Under the pieces are notes generated by a model. The model ran no database searches. It was not told the DNA's origin and was given only the letters and a program-made list of their open reading frames with translations. Source: Amoebidium appalachense (taxonomy: Eukaryota > Protista > Ichthyosporea). Taken from it: a DNA stretch of 64,000 nt. The translations under genes and the position numbers were made by a program. The DNA lies in the NCBI GenBank assembly GCA_963693365.1, contig CAVNZM010000003.1:9794782-9858781 (forward strand), written 5' to 3'. Below are positions 1 through 42,695 of this stretch, piece by piece (positions within the stretch are counted from its first letter, which is position 1; each line of letters starts with the position of its first letter).

Positions 1-13623
<13,623 letters not shown>

Positions 13624-14233
13624 AAATGTGGTTGTGTTAATGTGTTTTGTTCTGTTTAGCCTCTGGTGTTTTTTCTTTCCGTTTTTATATTTTTATTTTC
13701 TTTTTATTTTTTATTATTTTTATTTTTTTATTTTTTTTTGGGGGGGGGGGGGGGGGGGGGGATACACCCCTTTTTTCCCTTTCGAGCAATTGCTTTTCAG
13801 TGTTTGACCTCCATGTGTTTTCTTTTTCCCGTCCTTTCATCCTTTTTCCCTTTTGATTTCTTTCTTTTTCTTTTAGATCTGAATGTGTGTTCACACATGG
13901 AGTTTCGTTTAGGCTAATCACGACAAGGGATAGCATTGTTACATGAGCAATGTGTGATCACGATGGCATATACAGCCCCCCCTCACCCCTCACCCCCTCC
14001 CCCCCCTTCCCCCGCGGCCTTGTTCTAAAGAATTTGTCGCTTATTACCTCCTGCTCTTGGTGCCCACTTCTACGTATTATAATGAATCTATTTGCCTGGC
14101 TGTCAGCCACATCAAATAGTCGCGATCGCAAATCTTTCATCGTTAAGCCCTGTCCCCCCTCCCCCTCCCTCCTCCCCTTTCCCTCCCCCTAGCCCCCCCG
14201 TTTGTGGGTCCCACTTGTACACCACACACACAC

Positions 14234-14268
<35 letters not shown>

Positions 14269-14510
14269 CATGTACTGTCAGTCTGCCCCCTAAAAAAAAA
14301 TTCTGATAAGGAAAGAGCTACATAGGAAGAAAAGAAAGGAATGAAGATAGAAGCAGAAAAGGAAAGAATAACTGAAACTTTAAAGACTCAGAACCCGAAG
14401 AAGCCCCGTTGAAGTTTTGTTTTCATTTGCTGCTTCAAGTTTTTAATTTTTTGAGCCAAAGTTCAGCACTGTGTACACCTTACCTCCCCGCCACCACCAC
14501 CCCCCCCAAA

Positions 14511-14566
<56 letters not shown>

Positions 14567-14602
14567 CACACACACCATGCCACCCTTGGACACACACACG
14601 CA

Positions 14603-14643
<41 letters not shown>

Positions 14644-14665
14644 TACACACACGTGCGTGTACACT

Positions 14666-14709
<44 letters not shown>

Positions 14710-14816
14710 TACATACACATGTAAACACACACACACACACGTACACACACAGTGGCACACACACACGCACACGTACACACCTACACTGTGTTTGGACTGG
14801 CCGCCCAAGCGGCGCC

Positions 14817-14903
14817 CAGATTTATTATTCCCAGGTTTGGGTTGGCCACTCAGATTTGTTATGCCCGAGGTTTATTTGGGCAGATTTGTTATTCCCGAGG
14901 TTT
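14817..14903. repeat. Three ~23-bp direct repeats (CAGATTTGTTATTCCCGAGGTTT-like) with short spacers
   Basis: Copies at 14817, 14851 and 14881. They resemble subterminal repeats of a DNA-transposon remnant. Confidence 0.7.
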
Positions 14904-15206
14904 TCTGAAAATCAACTCGGAGCCCAAATGCACAGAACAGAGCACGTCACTTCATACACACACTCGTTTCAACTTCCGGACGTGCAAGTTGCTTTATGAC
15001 CGAGATCTAGAGACTTCCGGAGTCAGATAAGTTCTAGCAAGGATATAGCAGTACCTCCAACCCCCCGTCCCCGCCCGCCCCCACCACCACCACCACCACC
15101 ACCACCACACACACACCACACACGCACACACACACACCGTGTGCGCGCGCACAACACGCGCGCGCGCGCGTGCTGTCACACGCTCCTCCTCTCTCTCCCT
15201 TCGTAA

Positions 15207-15340
15207 GCCTCTTTCGAGCAGGAAGAAGATCCGTTTGTTACCTTGCATCTCCGGGAGCTTCTTGCGTCCACGGAGGCGCTCCGCAGCAGTGGTTAGGCCA
15301 ACCGCCTGCAGGCAGACAGGCGCCAGCTGCTGGAAGAGAG
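15207..15340 (+). pseudogene. Possible orphan or dead exon
   Basis: GC-rich island between microsatellites, bounded by AG and GT then poly-C like the real exons here. One frame reads SFEQEEDPFVTLHLRELLASTEALRSSG*ANRLQADRRQLLEE with a single internal TAG. Confidence 0.3.
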
Positions 15341-15349
15341 GTGTGCACA

Positions 15350-15380
<31 letters not shown>

Positions 15381-16085
15381 TTTCCCCCCCTCTATCTCTC
15401 CCACCCAACCCCCCCCCCCCCCCCCCCCCTCTTCCCTCCCCCCGATATTTGTGGACTTTTGCCCCAGGGCCTCCATGCTCTCGCTTTTCTACCCTACTTT
15501 TCCCTTGCTTAACTGCACTGTGCACGCTTGGAATTTGCGCAGCTCTGCCTGTACACACCAGGGCCGAAATGAGACAGTGAGAAATAGGCATGTGTGGCTA
15601 TGGAGGAAAGTTGGGGGAATAGAGAGCATGGGGGGAGGGGGGGGGGGGGGGGGGAGGGGGGGGGGGAGGGGGGGGGAGGGGGGGGGGGAGGGGGGGGAGG
15701 GAGGGGGGGGGGGGGGGGCAGCAGGGGAGCAAGAAGCGGATGGGCGGGAAGGAAAAGGAGACAGGCAGGGACCGGGAGAGAAGATGGGAGAAAATTGGGA
15801 GAATTGAAACCGGCGTGAGACACAGAGGCACAGCCGGAGGGTGACGGAGCAAGAGAGGGAGAACTCTTAGAGAGTGGGACTGTGTGGAAGGAGAATCGTA
15901 AGAGGAAAGAGATTGAGGTAAGAGGAGAGAGGTATGACTGAGTTATTCTTACTAGGGGTTTGACGGGTTGGATAGGGAAGGGATGAGGGGGAAGAGAGGG
16001 GGGGGGGGGGGGGGGGGGGGAGACAGAGACAGCAAGGAAAGTGTAAAGGGGGGGAGGTAGTAGGTGGGGGGGGGGGGGGGGGGGG

Positions 16086-16156
<71 letters not shown>

Positions 16157-17034
16157 AGGGAGGGAGACAGGGGGGAGGGAGGTGTGGGGGGGGGGGATTT
16201 GAGGGAGGGACAGAGAACGAGAGGCAGGGTGGAAGGGAGGGAGGCAGGGGGGGTGGGGGGGGGGGTGGGGGGAGTGAGAGTGAGAGATGGAAAGAGAGTA
16301 GGCCTGATGTATGTGTGTTTATGTGTGTGTGAACTACTATGTAGTGACAACTCAATATTGCCACCAAACGTGGCTGGATGATAGTGTGCTTCTATATATT
16401 TTTGCTTTTCAGAGTGCTCTCTCCTGTTTCTTTTCACCCCACCAGCTTCCACTTCTGCCCACAAACCAAGCCAAAACTATTCCTGCGCGCACACACACAC
16501 ACACACATGCACACACATGCACACACATGCACACACACACACCCACATACACACACACACACATGCGCACACGCACACGCACACACACACACATACAAAT
16601 CTCTCTCTCGCCCCCCCTCCCTCTCAGGAGTTGATTAGCGTAACTCTGTATTGATCTACCTATGACCACCCTTATTTCATCGTTATGCAGTGAGTTGAAC
16701 ACATTTTTGGACAGTGGTTGCATCCATATGCATTGTCTCAGTCGCATGCATGTGCAATCAAGAATCACAACAACGTATATGCTTGTTTGTGTGAAGTTCA
16801 TTCAAGATGTCATATCGATCGATGATCAATCGTGTCTTTAAAAATGTACCTCGTGGCCGTGCGTGCACCTGTGTCCGGAGTGTATACGTCACACAGTGTA
16901 GGACATGTGTACGTGTGCGTGTGTGTGTAATGACGGCCTGTGTGTGTGTGCACGTGTGTGTGTGTGTGTGTGTGTGTGCCTGTGTGTTTGCGTGTATGTG
17001 TGCATGTGTGCGATTTGTGTGTGTGTGTGTCACT

Positions 17035-17067
<33 letters not shown>

Positions 17068-17725
17068 TGTGCCCCAGGGGGAAGGGGGGGGGGGGGGGGT
17101 TCGGGAGGGGGGGATGTGTGTATACGGTGTGTGTGTGTGTGTCTCTCTTAGTGTATGTGCGCGCGCATGCGTGTATGTGTGCATGTGTGCGATTAAATTT
17201 GTGTATGTGCGTGCGTGCACGTGCGCGCGTGTGTGTATGTGTATGTGTGTTTGTGTGTGCGTGGCACTGCGTGCGTGCGTTTGTGCGCGTTCGTACGTGT
17301 GTGCGTGTGCGTGTCTGTGTCCAGGGGGCGGTGGGGGGGGGAAGGGGGGGGGGGGGGGAGGGGGGAGGGCTTGTGTGTGCATGCATCGATCCCTCCTGGT
17401 GTTTGAGCCTTATTTCCCGATTAATAATAACGTTTATGTTGTTCTAAGCTTCTTTTCTTCTTCTACGTATATCTGTGGGGTTTACGCTGTTTACTCGAGG
17501 CAAAGAGAGACCAGTCTCAGGTATGGGGGGTTTTGCTCAGAATATCCCCTCAGCGGTATATCATGATCACGTACATAGATGTCGGTTGATGATTATATAT
17601 CAGGGTTTACTTTCTCTACGAGGTACCATAAAGACTAAGACAAATCAATTAGTTGGGTTCCCTGTTTTTTTTTTTTTTTTTTTTTTTTTTTCGGGCTCCC
17701 CTGGGACACTCGGTATCAGCTGGTT

Positions 17726-17782
<57 letters not shown>

Positions 17783-17895
17783 CGCGCTAAAATTTTGCAA
17801 TGATGTGTTTCTCAAGCCAATCAATACATCTAATAAACAGGTCATATTTACGCGTGTTTAGTATAGAATCAAGGATGTTGTAATTTTCAGGTAAT

Positions 17896-19621
17896 CTATC
17901 TTTCTGGGTGTCTGTTGTGAATGTGTCGTGTGTGTGTTGCGGTATTGTGGTCTATCAAACCACATTTGGCGATACATGACCGTTTAAACTGGTGTGTGTG
18001 TGTGTTGTTTGGGCATGCAAACGATGCCACCTTATACTTATTAGATCTCCACTGTATAGCACGTGTACAGTAAAAGCGTGGTAAGTGATCAATAACACCA
18101 TCAGCTAGAGAAAGACCAATTCTACAGGAAGGTATTATGTATTTAGGTGTTACCCATTTGCGAGTGCCATATTTGGCAATATGGTTAAGGCGGTCATTAT
18201 ATATATAAAACGAGACATAAGGCCTAAGATGACGGGACATGTCCACATTTAACAAACCAAGAAAAGAAAGAGCTTAACATAAGAGTAAAATCAGGTTTAT
18301 GTAATAGCACAATCACTTTCCTTTTGTGGGTAGGAGGGAACAGGGATTTTAAGAAACCCAGCAGGAAGTCCATCAGGTCCACAAGACTTACTAGAGCTAT
18401 AACTAGATATCACAGACCATACGGTATCGGGACTGAAAAAGGGGAGGATCGATTCTATGGGGATAGATGGGTCTACAGGCCACACAACAGGTTTCTGAGC
18501 GGGGGTCCTATCTTTAAACAGTTCCGAGAAATACTTATCAGTCTATGAGGGGGTCTCCAGTGATATCACCAATAATACGAGCAGGGGGGCCAAATCGATT
18601 TATACTAGCAAGCCGGCACAAGCTTTCCTTTTGAGACAGGGGCTCACCTAGTCTAGCGGGAGTGGTGTTTGGTAACAAGAGAGCATCGGGATATTCCTTC
18701 CTACCACCACCTGCATAATCACCGAGATCTATTAAATCATCAACAATAAAGTTAGTGCATGTATCTAGTACGAGATGTGAATCTGGTCTGGCTTGTGCAG
18801 ATTCTAATAGGCGCATATATATAGGGTGTTTCGTTGCATAGCATACACATCCATCAACTCTACCCCACTGTGACTTGAGCTGGGATAGACGGAGGCGAAA
18901 GGTGGGAGGAGGAGGAGGGAGCAGATCAAGGGAGATCTTAAGTAGGAAAAGGATAGGAGAGTGATCAGATGACCTAGAGAGGTTAGGAGGGAGAGAGAGC
19001 TTTGACATGGTTGATGGCCAAAAGGCCACTCCCCAGTCGGTGTTGTGGGCATGGGATATTTGAGGGAACCGCAAAGTGTGACTTTGGACATTCCTTGCTA
19101 AAGGGGTAGCGCGCCCCGGGGGCTTAGATAGGTACCCGACACTCACTTGCAGTGTGTCTGTGTGGTGGAGTCGCGTGTTAAAGTCACCTAAAAAACAGTG
19201 GATATTGGTAAGTGTGACAACTCGTGAGTCAAATCGGCAACCGACATAGATGGTGGGTAATATACAAAAGTAAAACATTAGAAAGAAACTCTATAGAAAC
19301 CGAGAATTCCGTTTTTGCTACCGGTTTGCATTTCACTCTCACGTGTGGCGCGGCAAGTACAATAATGCCTCGGTTTTTCGCATAACCGGGGTATGTGGAT
19401 GTGTCGACCAATGTAGAGTTGAATTTGTGGTGGTTTTTAAACTGTGTTTCGCAAATCACTGTAAATGTGTGGTTGTTTGTCTGTTGTTGTATGTAGCTGA
19501 TTTTATCGTCGAGTGTCCCGGGGGGGGAGGCCCTTTTGGGGGCCCAGTGTCCGAGCATTCCAGAAGAAGAAGGATAAATCAGGCATCGGTTTGGTCCGAC
19601 GCCTGTGGGGTTGGTTCCCAC
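17896..19621 (-). pseudogene. LINE ORF2 remnant: AP endonuclease, linker and C-terminal Cys/His region; RT catalytic domain missing
   Basis: Pieces 19229-19621, 18538-19278, 18297-18485 and 17896-18255 are separated by frameshifts or stops. No YxDD motif lies between GPDG (~18370) and the C-terminal RAIQWRSN...C...H.F.R.C...C segment. Confidence 0.75.
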
Positions 19622-20754
19622 TTGTCGCTTACGGGGTCGTATGCACGACCTTCCGCCAGCGCGAACAGTTCGCAGAAGAGCTCGATTTCCATCTCACATC
19701 GGCGTTTGCGCTCGAGTAGTTTCTCACCAGAAAACATTGGTTCCTTCGTGTCCGTGTCTATCACGCTCGTACCATCGGTTTCCAACTTTGCGAGGAACTC
19801 TTTTGCCTTGCTGAAGCGTACACAACAGCGTGTGGCGCACGCATTCTTAGCAGACACTTTACGTTCTTTGTCTGCTTTCTGAATGTTTTCCGGCGCGCGT
19901 GGGTCGTAGCTTGGGAGGTGGGTGAAGAAGCTTCCACACCCCTTTGTCGCGTCACGGATGAACGCACGGTTATAGTCGCCCCGTACTGCTACTTCCAGCA
20001 CGTCGTATCCAATGAAGGACAGACAAAGGAAGCGAGAGCACCGGAAGCCGAGGGCCTTGAAGATGGACCACATGGCCCTGTGTGGGCATCTGCCGTGCTT
20101 GACTTTGAAAGACACCCTCTCGTATTTGGGTGGGATGTTGATGTTACCGTGTGCTTGGGTGTTCCCCTTGGCCGACGGTTTGGGAGGGGAGTTGCGGCGG
20201 TACTCGTTGCCTGCAAGAATGCTGGCACATGTTTCCTTGGCAATTTGGTGGGCCTCCGGTGTTTTACGAGAGTTCGCATATTCTAGGAACTCGGCCGGGA
20301 GCTGTGCTTCCGGTCCTGTGTTGTTTTGTGTTGGGGTGATAATGTCTCCATCGCGAGATGTTTGCTCATGAGTTTTGGGGTTTTGCGATCCACTTCTGTT
20401 TAGCTGGGCTGTGAGTCAATCAGTGGTGAGCTTGAGTTGGGCATTTTCTGTTTGGAGTTTTTCTATCATGTTCTTGAGTGGTAACAGCTCATCTAGCTGT
20501 TTCTTAACGAGGGCAAGTTCTGCCAGTACTGTATCAACCGAAGGTTTCGGCATGGTTGCTATTTTGTTTCTACGGAGTGGCGTGGTGTTATTTTGAATGG
20601 GTAGTGTATTGTGAATAGGTGTTGCGCTTAGTCTAAGGCGATGTTTTTCTGGCTGTGCATCTGTGGTAGGTGTATCTGGTGGACGTTTTGAATGAGTAAT
20701 GGGTGTAGATGGAACCTTGGAAGAGGCTCTGAAACGATTATAGGCATGTGCCAT
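19579..20754 (-). pseudogene. LINE ORF1 (coiled coil plus RNA-binding-like domain), ~390 codons with one in-frame TGA
   Basis: ORFs 20416-20754 and 19579-20115 share a frame. I translated the gap and found no stop other than the TGA at 20416-20418. Coiled-coil segment LAELALVKKQLDELLPLKNMIEKLQTENAQLK; RFLCLSFIGYDVLEVAVRGDY...SYDP resembles fungal-type LINE ORF1s (recalled). Confidence 0.7.
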
Positions 20755-20943
20755 GACATGGATGGGGGTGTTCCCCGGCCCCTAGGGCCACGGATGGCCT
20801 CGTTTAGGGGTGGATGAGCAAAGGATACTATTTATTTGCAGATAATAAAAGGCGACATTTGAATCGATGTGTGCGAGTGAATCGATGTGTCTGTATTCCA
20901 TTCCTTTCTCTTCCTATAGCTCTTTCTTTTTCGGAAGTACTTT

Positions 20944-20985
<42 letters not shown>

Positions 20986-21016
20986 GGGTAGTGGTGGTGG
21001 TGGTGGTGGTGGTGGT

Positions 21017-21056
<40 letters not shown>

Positions 21057-21299
21057 CGGGCGGCAGGCTGGCGAGTCTGTACATGGGTGCGTGTGTGCGT
21101 GTGTGCGTGTGTGCGCCTGCGTGTGTGCGTGCGTGCGTGCGTGCGTGCGTGTGCGTGTGCCTGTGTGCGTGTGCGTGTACGTGTGTTCGTACGTGTGCGT
21201 GCGTGTGTGTACGTGTATGCATGTGTGTGCGCGGCGGGCGCGAAAATCAAGTTGCGACATATCTCGACTCCCGAGGTTTGCATTTGCACCCATTTGTAA

Positions 21300-21329
21300 T
21301 GACGTCAGTGAGCCACATGCCTATATAAG
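21300..21329 (+). promoter_or_regulatory. Candidate CRE palindrome and TATA box upstream of the mannosidase
   Basis: TGACGTCA at 21300-21307 and TATATAAG at 21322-21329, about 290 bp before ATG 21617. Motif match only. Confidence 0.35.
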
Positions 21330-21616
21330 GCAGGTGTTTGCAGCACTCCATGAACGTCACCTACCATAAAAGGTTATAATATGTGTGCACAAAAAACAAA
21401 AAACTTTGGACTCTTGTAAAAAAACTTTGGTTTGACAGCTCACTCAGAATCTCCCGAAGGCTCCACTTGCCTATCAGGTTCACAATACCTCGTGGAAGGG
21501 GCGGTGTTTTGTTGCTTCGAGTCTACGACTATAACTTTTCCGTCTCCAAGTCATCGTTTCGACTTCAAGTTTTCATTCTTGGTCCATCGTCTTGAGAGTT
21601 CGTTTTCGCGTCAACC

Positions 21617-36009
<14,393 letters not shown>

Positions 36010-36112
36010 CTGCAGTTGTGCTTTTAGACATAACGTGAATTTGCCAATTTATACCTCTGCCTGCCTAAGCCCGTGGTTTTTTCCCCCCCTTTCACTCGTT
36101 CATTGTCCCCCC

Positions 36113-36149
<37 letters not shown>

Positions 36150-36536
36150 CTTTTCAAACTGTGCATTACGGGCTCCAGTTGAAGTGAAGCCCCTGTCCCT
36201 CCTCCCCCCCCCCCCCCTCTCTTCTTTTGTTATTGTCGCAATCCCTGCTTTGTGGAGGCTTAGGCCTGGAATCACCGTCCAGGAGTGATTGAGACGGCCG
36301 TTTGCAAATACCTATTACCACCGTGATGTGGGGTGAAGTCATCATTCACAGAACGTAAAATAAATAACAAAACTGATTATTATGAGATAAATATTAATGC
36401 TGCCAGTTCTTGAAACACAGCCCCAGCTGCATAACCTAGGCTCTCCCCCCCACTCCCCTCCTCCTCCCCCTCCCCACCCCCCACCCCCCACCCCCCACCC
36501 CCCATCCCCCCTGCCCCGAAAACAAAGGGGAAAAAG

Positions 36537-36573
<37 letters not shown>

Positions 36574-36933
36574 GTGCACATCCGTTCGCCGCACCCATCC
36601 ACACATGTACACACACACACACACACACACGGTGTCACACAACACGCACGCACCTCGCTCACGCACCTTTTGGCACGTGCAGGCATGTCTCTGTGCATGC
36701 GCATTATCATGTCGGTAGTCGGGTGTGGTGTATGCGCTTGCACACGAGCTCATCTGATCGCTATTTTTTGAGTTATTTTTTTTTTCCCCCATCCGTTCAT
36801 CCCTCACAGACAGTTACTCTTCCGTTTGCTCTGCCTAAACCCCTAGGCAGGATCGACAGTATTGAAACACGGAATTACAACCTATTAGTTAGGACCCTGA
36901 ATAGTTTTAAGTTGTACTACATGTGCGCACGAA

Positions 36934-37019
<86 letters not shown>

Positions 37020-37043
37020 TGTGTGGACACTGTGTGTGTCTGC

Positions 37044-37113
<70 letters not shown>

Positions 37114-37527
37114 CTCTCTCTCTCTCTGCCTGTGTGTGTGTATGTGTGTGTGCCCGTCGGGTGTGCATGTGTGTGTGTGGTGTGTGGGCACCGTGTGTGC
37201 GTGTGGGTGTGTTACCTGTGACTGTGTGTGCGTGTTTCTGTTTGTGTGTGTGGTGGGTGTGTAGGTGGCTGGGTGTGGTTGGAATTGTGCGTGTGGGCCG
37301 TGTGTACGCTGTTGGCGTATGTGTGTGACACGTGTAATAAATAGCTGAGGGCGGGTCTCCAAGGAAAACAGCGTTGAAATGCACGCATGGCCTAGGTCTG
37401 CCGATGGGGAAAAGGGAAGGGAACTTGACTGTATCATTGAGGGAAATCTGTGGGGACAAACGAATATTTTTTAGCCCTTTCTCTCGCTTTCTTTGCGAAG
37501 AACTTGATGCACTGCAGTGAGAGGGGC

Positions 37528-37663
37528 AGAGCATAGAGGCATGCATATGTCCAAGTCCAAGCCCGAAAATTCAGAAAATTTTGATGGTATTTTTTCAAGC
37601 CCCGATGTATTTTGGGTTTCGGGTTATGGTATTTTTCGTACCATGTCATTTGGCGGGGCACTG
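37528..37663. mobile_element. DNA-transposon/MITE end remnant related to 41330-41456
   Basis: Both regions share GAAA(A)TTTTG(A/T)TGGTATTTT(TT)CAA...GTATTTT...GGGTTATGGT. This one ends CGGGGCACTG, a hAT-like CAGTG terminus on the - strand. Confidence 0.4.
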
Positions 37664-37804
37664 TTTGCGCAATCCAACCTCGGGAGTTGGCTCCGTATCT
37701 TGCGGGCATATGTCTTATGAGGGGCGTGCGCGCACGCGCAGATGTGTGTATGTGATGCTTCGTGTTTTATAATATATATGTGCATATGTGTTTGTGTGGG
37801 TTGT

Positions 37805-38125
<321 letters not shown>

Positions 38126-38348
38126 GCTCTCTGGAGCTCCCGGGCCCCAGCACAGATCAATCTAACTTGAATAGATGGTGACGCACGCAAAGTGGGACTC
38201 AACAACGTTGATAAATAGCATCAGCATTTTCCATCAATACTATGGCAAAAAGAAATACAGTCTGATATATGTATACAACATAACACGTGTTGTGGTTGAT
38301 ACCGTTTTGTTGGCCTTAAAAAGATACAGAAGTGTTTCAGTGAATAAG

Positions 38349-38389
<41 letters not shown>

Positions 38390-38638
38390 CCTCCCCTTCC
38401 CCTCGTTATCATGATGATCCTTTTTTCCCTTCGTTTTTTTCTCTTAACAACAATTTTAGAGTCGTATAAAGGTAAGAATATGTACATGTAAGTAGGAGAC
38501 TGAGTCTAGTATCGTCTCAACACTGTGTAATACGGAACGAAAAGAGAAGGCCCCCACTTTGAAATGAAATTGTTGGACACAGCACATGTCTTCTATCTCT
38601 GATGAAACTCCGAAAATCTGGAGTTACATCCCCCCCCC

Positions 38639-38669
<31 letters not shown>

Positions 38670-38799
38670 ACACACATGTACACACACATACACAGACACA
38701 CCCCACCCCCTCCGGCATTCCCGTGGTGTAAAGGCCTTACAGTCCCCTCTCCCCCACCCCTTGTCCCCCGGGCTCCCCACCACAAACCAACCATCCCCC

Positions 38800-38830
<31 letters not shown>

Positions 38831-39189
38831 ACACACACACGAAGTGCTCCCCCTTAGTACCCTGACTCCCCGAACGTTCCTTTCCCTTTTCTCCAGCCCC
38901 CCCCCCCCCCCCCCCTAAGTCTTTCCTCCTGAGTTTCACTCTGTCTTTTCCTCCCTAATCCGTTCCTGTGTCCCCCCCCCCCCCCCTCCCCCTCCCCTGC
39001 ACATGATTTCCCGTCTCTTTTTTGTTTGTTTGTTCGTTTGTTAGATCACCCTCCAAGTCTTTTGAGTCACATGCTCATACACGACCACACACTATCTGGG
39101 CCACACACATGATGTGTACCGTGACATGCACACACAAACTGATGCTTACTCCCTCCGACTCTCTCTGGCCATTTCTCGCTCTCTCTCTC

Positions 39190-41170
<1,981 letters not shown>

Positions 41171-41291
41171 GTGGCGCCACTACTTTGGAATATCCGTATC
41201 ATGTGATGCCTGTATACGTATGATATCATGGTTTACCACATGTGTTGTGTTATAATACGCAGCCATATGCATGGGGGCCGGGCGGGCGGGG

Positions 41292-41329
<38 letters not shown>

Positions 41330-42130
41330 CTTACCATGTCTTACCATGAAACCTCGGGAGGCTTACCATGAACCGAAATTTTGTTGGTATTTTCAAAAGT
41401 GTCCGGGTATTTTTTACCGTAAAAACGGGGTTATGGTCGGGCTTGTGTCCAACTAGTACTTGATGGAACGGATCTGGACGACCCATTTATTCGTATGACA
41501 AGACGTTTCAGTTAATAAAACAAGGACCATTGAGGTTCTTATTGTAGACAGAGCACGTAGACTTTATTCTTTATACGTTGGCAGGTATATTCCTACTTTT
41601 TTTTTATTGTTTTATATAGTAGCCTATGTACCTAACTAATTTTTTACAACTCAGTTTTCCATCGGTCCCGCATACGGTACGTGTGCTCTTTGTTTTGCCA
41701 ACCTTGGGTCAATAATTTCGGCGGGAGGAGTTCACCAATAGGAGAGTCCAGCATAACAATATACACCAATAGGAACTCATTATCTGCTTATTGGCCACTT
41801 TCAGCCAATCACGGAGATTACACAATACCCATGCTGGTTGAAACATACCATATATGGTTACCGGCTTTTTGCTTTTTGTGCACGGAATACAGATTCGAAA
41901 TCGAATCACGGAGGAATTCTAGAATCATGCGTACGGAAGTGTACAAATGCCCAGTGAGAATATAGTTATTGGTAACCATATCTACATATCCATATAGATT
42001 AGACCATAATTAACCAAAGTCTTTCTTTGTGTTCAAATGGACAGCTCTAGGGCCGTACCGTAATGCTTTTACGTACATGGTACTTCGTAAATTTCTGGCC
42101 GCCACAAAACCAGTCTGAAGAAGGCAGAAT

Positions 42131-42186
42131 CACGGCCATCTAGAAACACCTTCTAGATGGCCGTGAGGTGTTTCTAGATGGCCGTG
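42131..42186. mobile_element. 56-bp hAT-type micro-MITE with 21-bp TIRs and 8-bp TSD
   Basis: TIR CACGGCCATCTAGAAACACCT (42131-42151) pairs perfectly with AGGTGTTTCTAGATGGCCGTG (42166-42186). GGCAGAAT flanks both sides (42123-42130 and 42187-42194). Confidence 0.8.
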
Positions 42187-42240
42187 GGCAGAATCTCCCA
42201 GCACATTCCACACATCGCTAAAAACCGTGAGCCTTTCCCA

Positions 42241-42695
42241 CAGGGAAACGACCCGCAATCTGCTAAGACTCGGATAACCCTGGATCGGGTTTTTTTGCCG
42301 CGCTCAACCCGGTTTAAGTCACGCTTGTGTCTGAGCCTGGTTCCCTGGTAATTGTTGGAAAACACTAAACACATCAAAAAAAATAGCATAAAAAACATAT
42401 ATATTCACATTGGCGCGAGCGGTTTTTTGATTTTAGGCCCCCAAATATGTGTTTTTTCCATCAGATATTTTAACTAACAGTATGATCACATCATGGCAGG
42501 CTTAAAATGGAGTTGGTGCAAAATCAGACCGATCGAGTGTCTCAAAACCGACTTAGTTTTTTCCTCGCGGCTTCCTAAAAACCGGCCGGGCCAAGTGCAG
42601 GGGCTATATGTTTTTGTTTTAAAACGCTCAACAGTTGGATGTTTAAGCGGTTTACCGCTAAGGAAGAGAAACCGTTGGGTCGTGTTCGAGCCCTG
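42241..42695. mobile_element. Possible old hAT-like MITE
   Basis: The right end reads CAGGGCTCGAACACGACCC on the - strand; the left end CAGGGAAACGACCC looks like a deleted version. Interior is AT-rich with AACC/GGTT motifs. No TSD. Confidence 0.3.

Larger units (their letters stand above)
17896..20810 (-). mobile_element. Degenerate non-LTR retrotransposon (LINE, APE-type) with internal deletion of the RT core
   Basis: Microsatellite-free ~3 kb block. ORF1 is followed by ORF2 fragments with APE motifs (TVICETQ, RGIIVL, FLGDFNTR, SDHSPI), the pre-RT motif KSCGPDGLP, and then immediately a Cys/His C-terminal segment. Ends are approximate and no TSD was found. Confidence 0.85.

Noticed and set aside
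14817-14903. CRISPR-like array
   Set aside because: Only three repeats with 7-12 nt spacers, eukaryotic context and no cas genes. The same applies to 56137-56658, whose spacers are (CA)n.
15290-20418. Alternative genetic code suggested by in-frame TAG (~15293) and TGA (20416)
   Set aside because: The four host genes have no internal stops and terminate with TAG, TGA, TAA and TGA; the interrupted frames are in decayed sequence.
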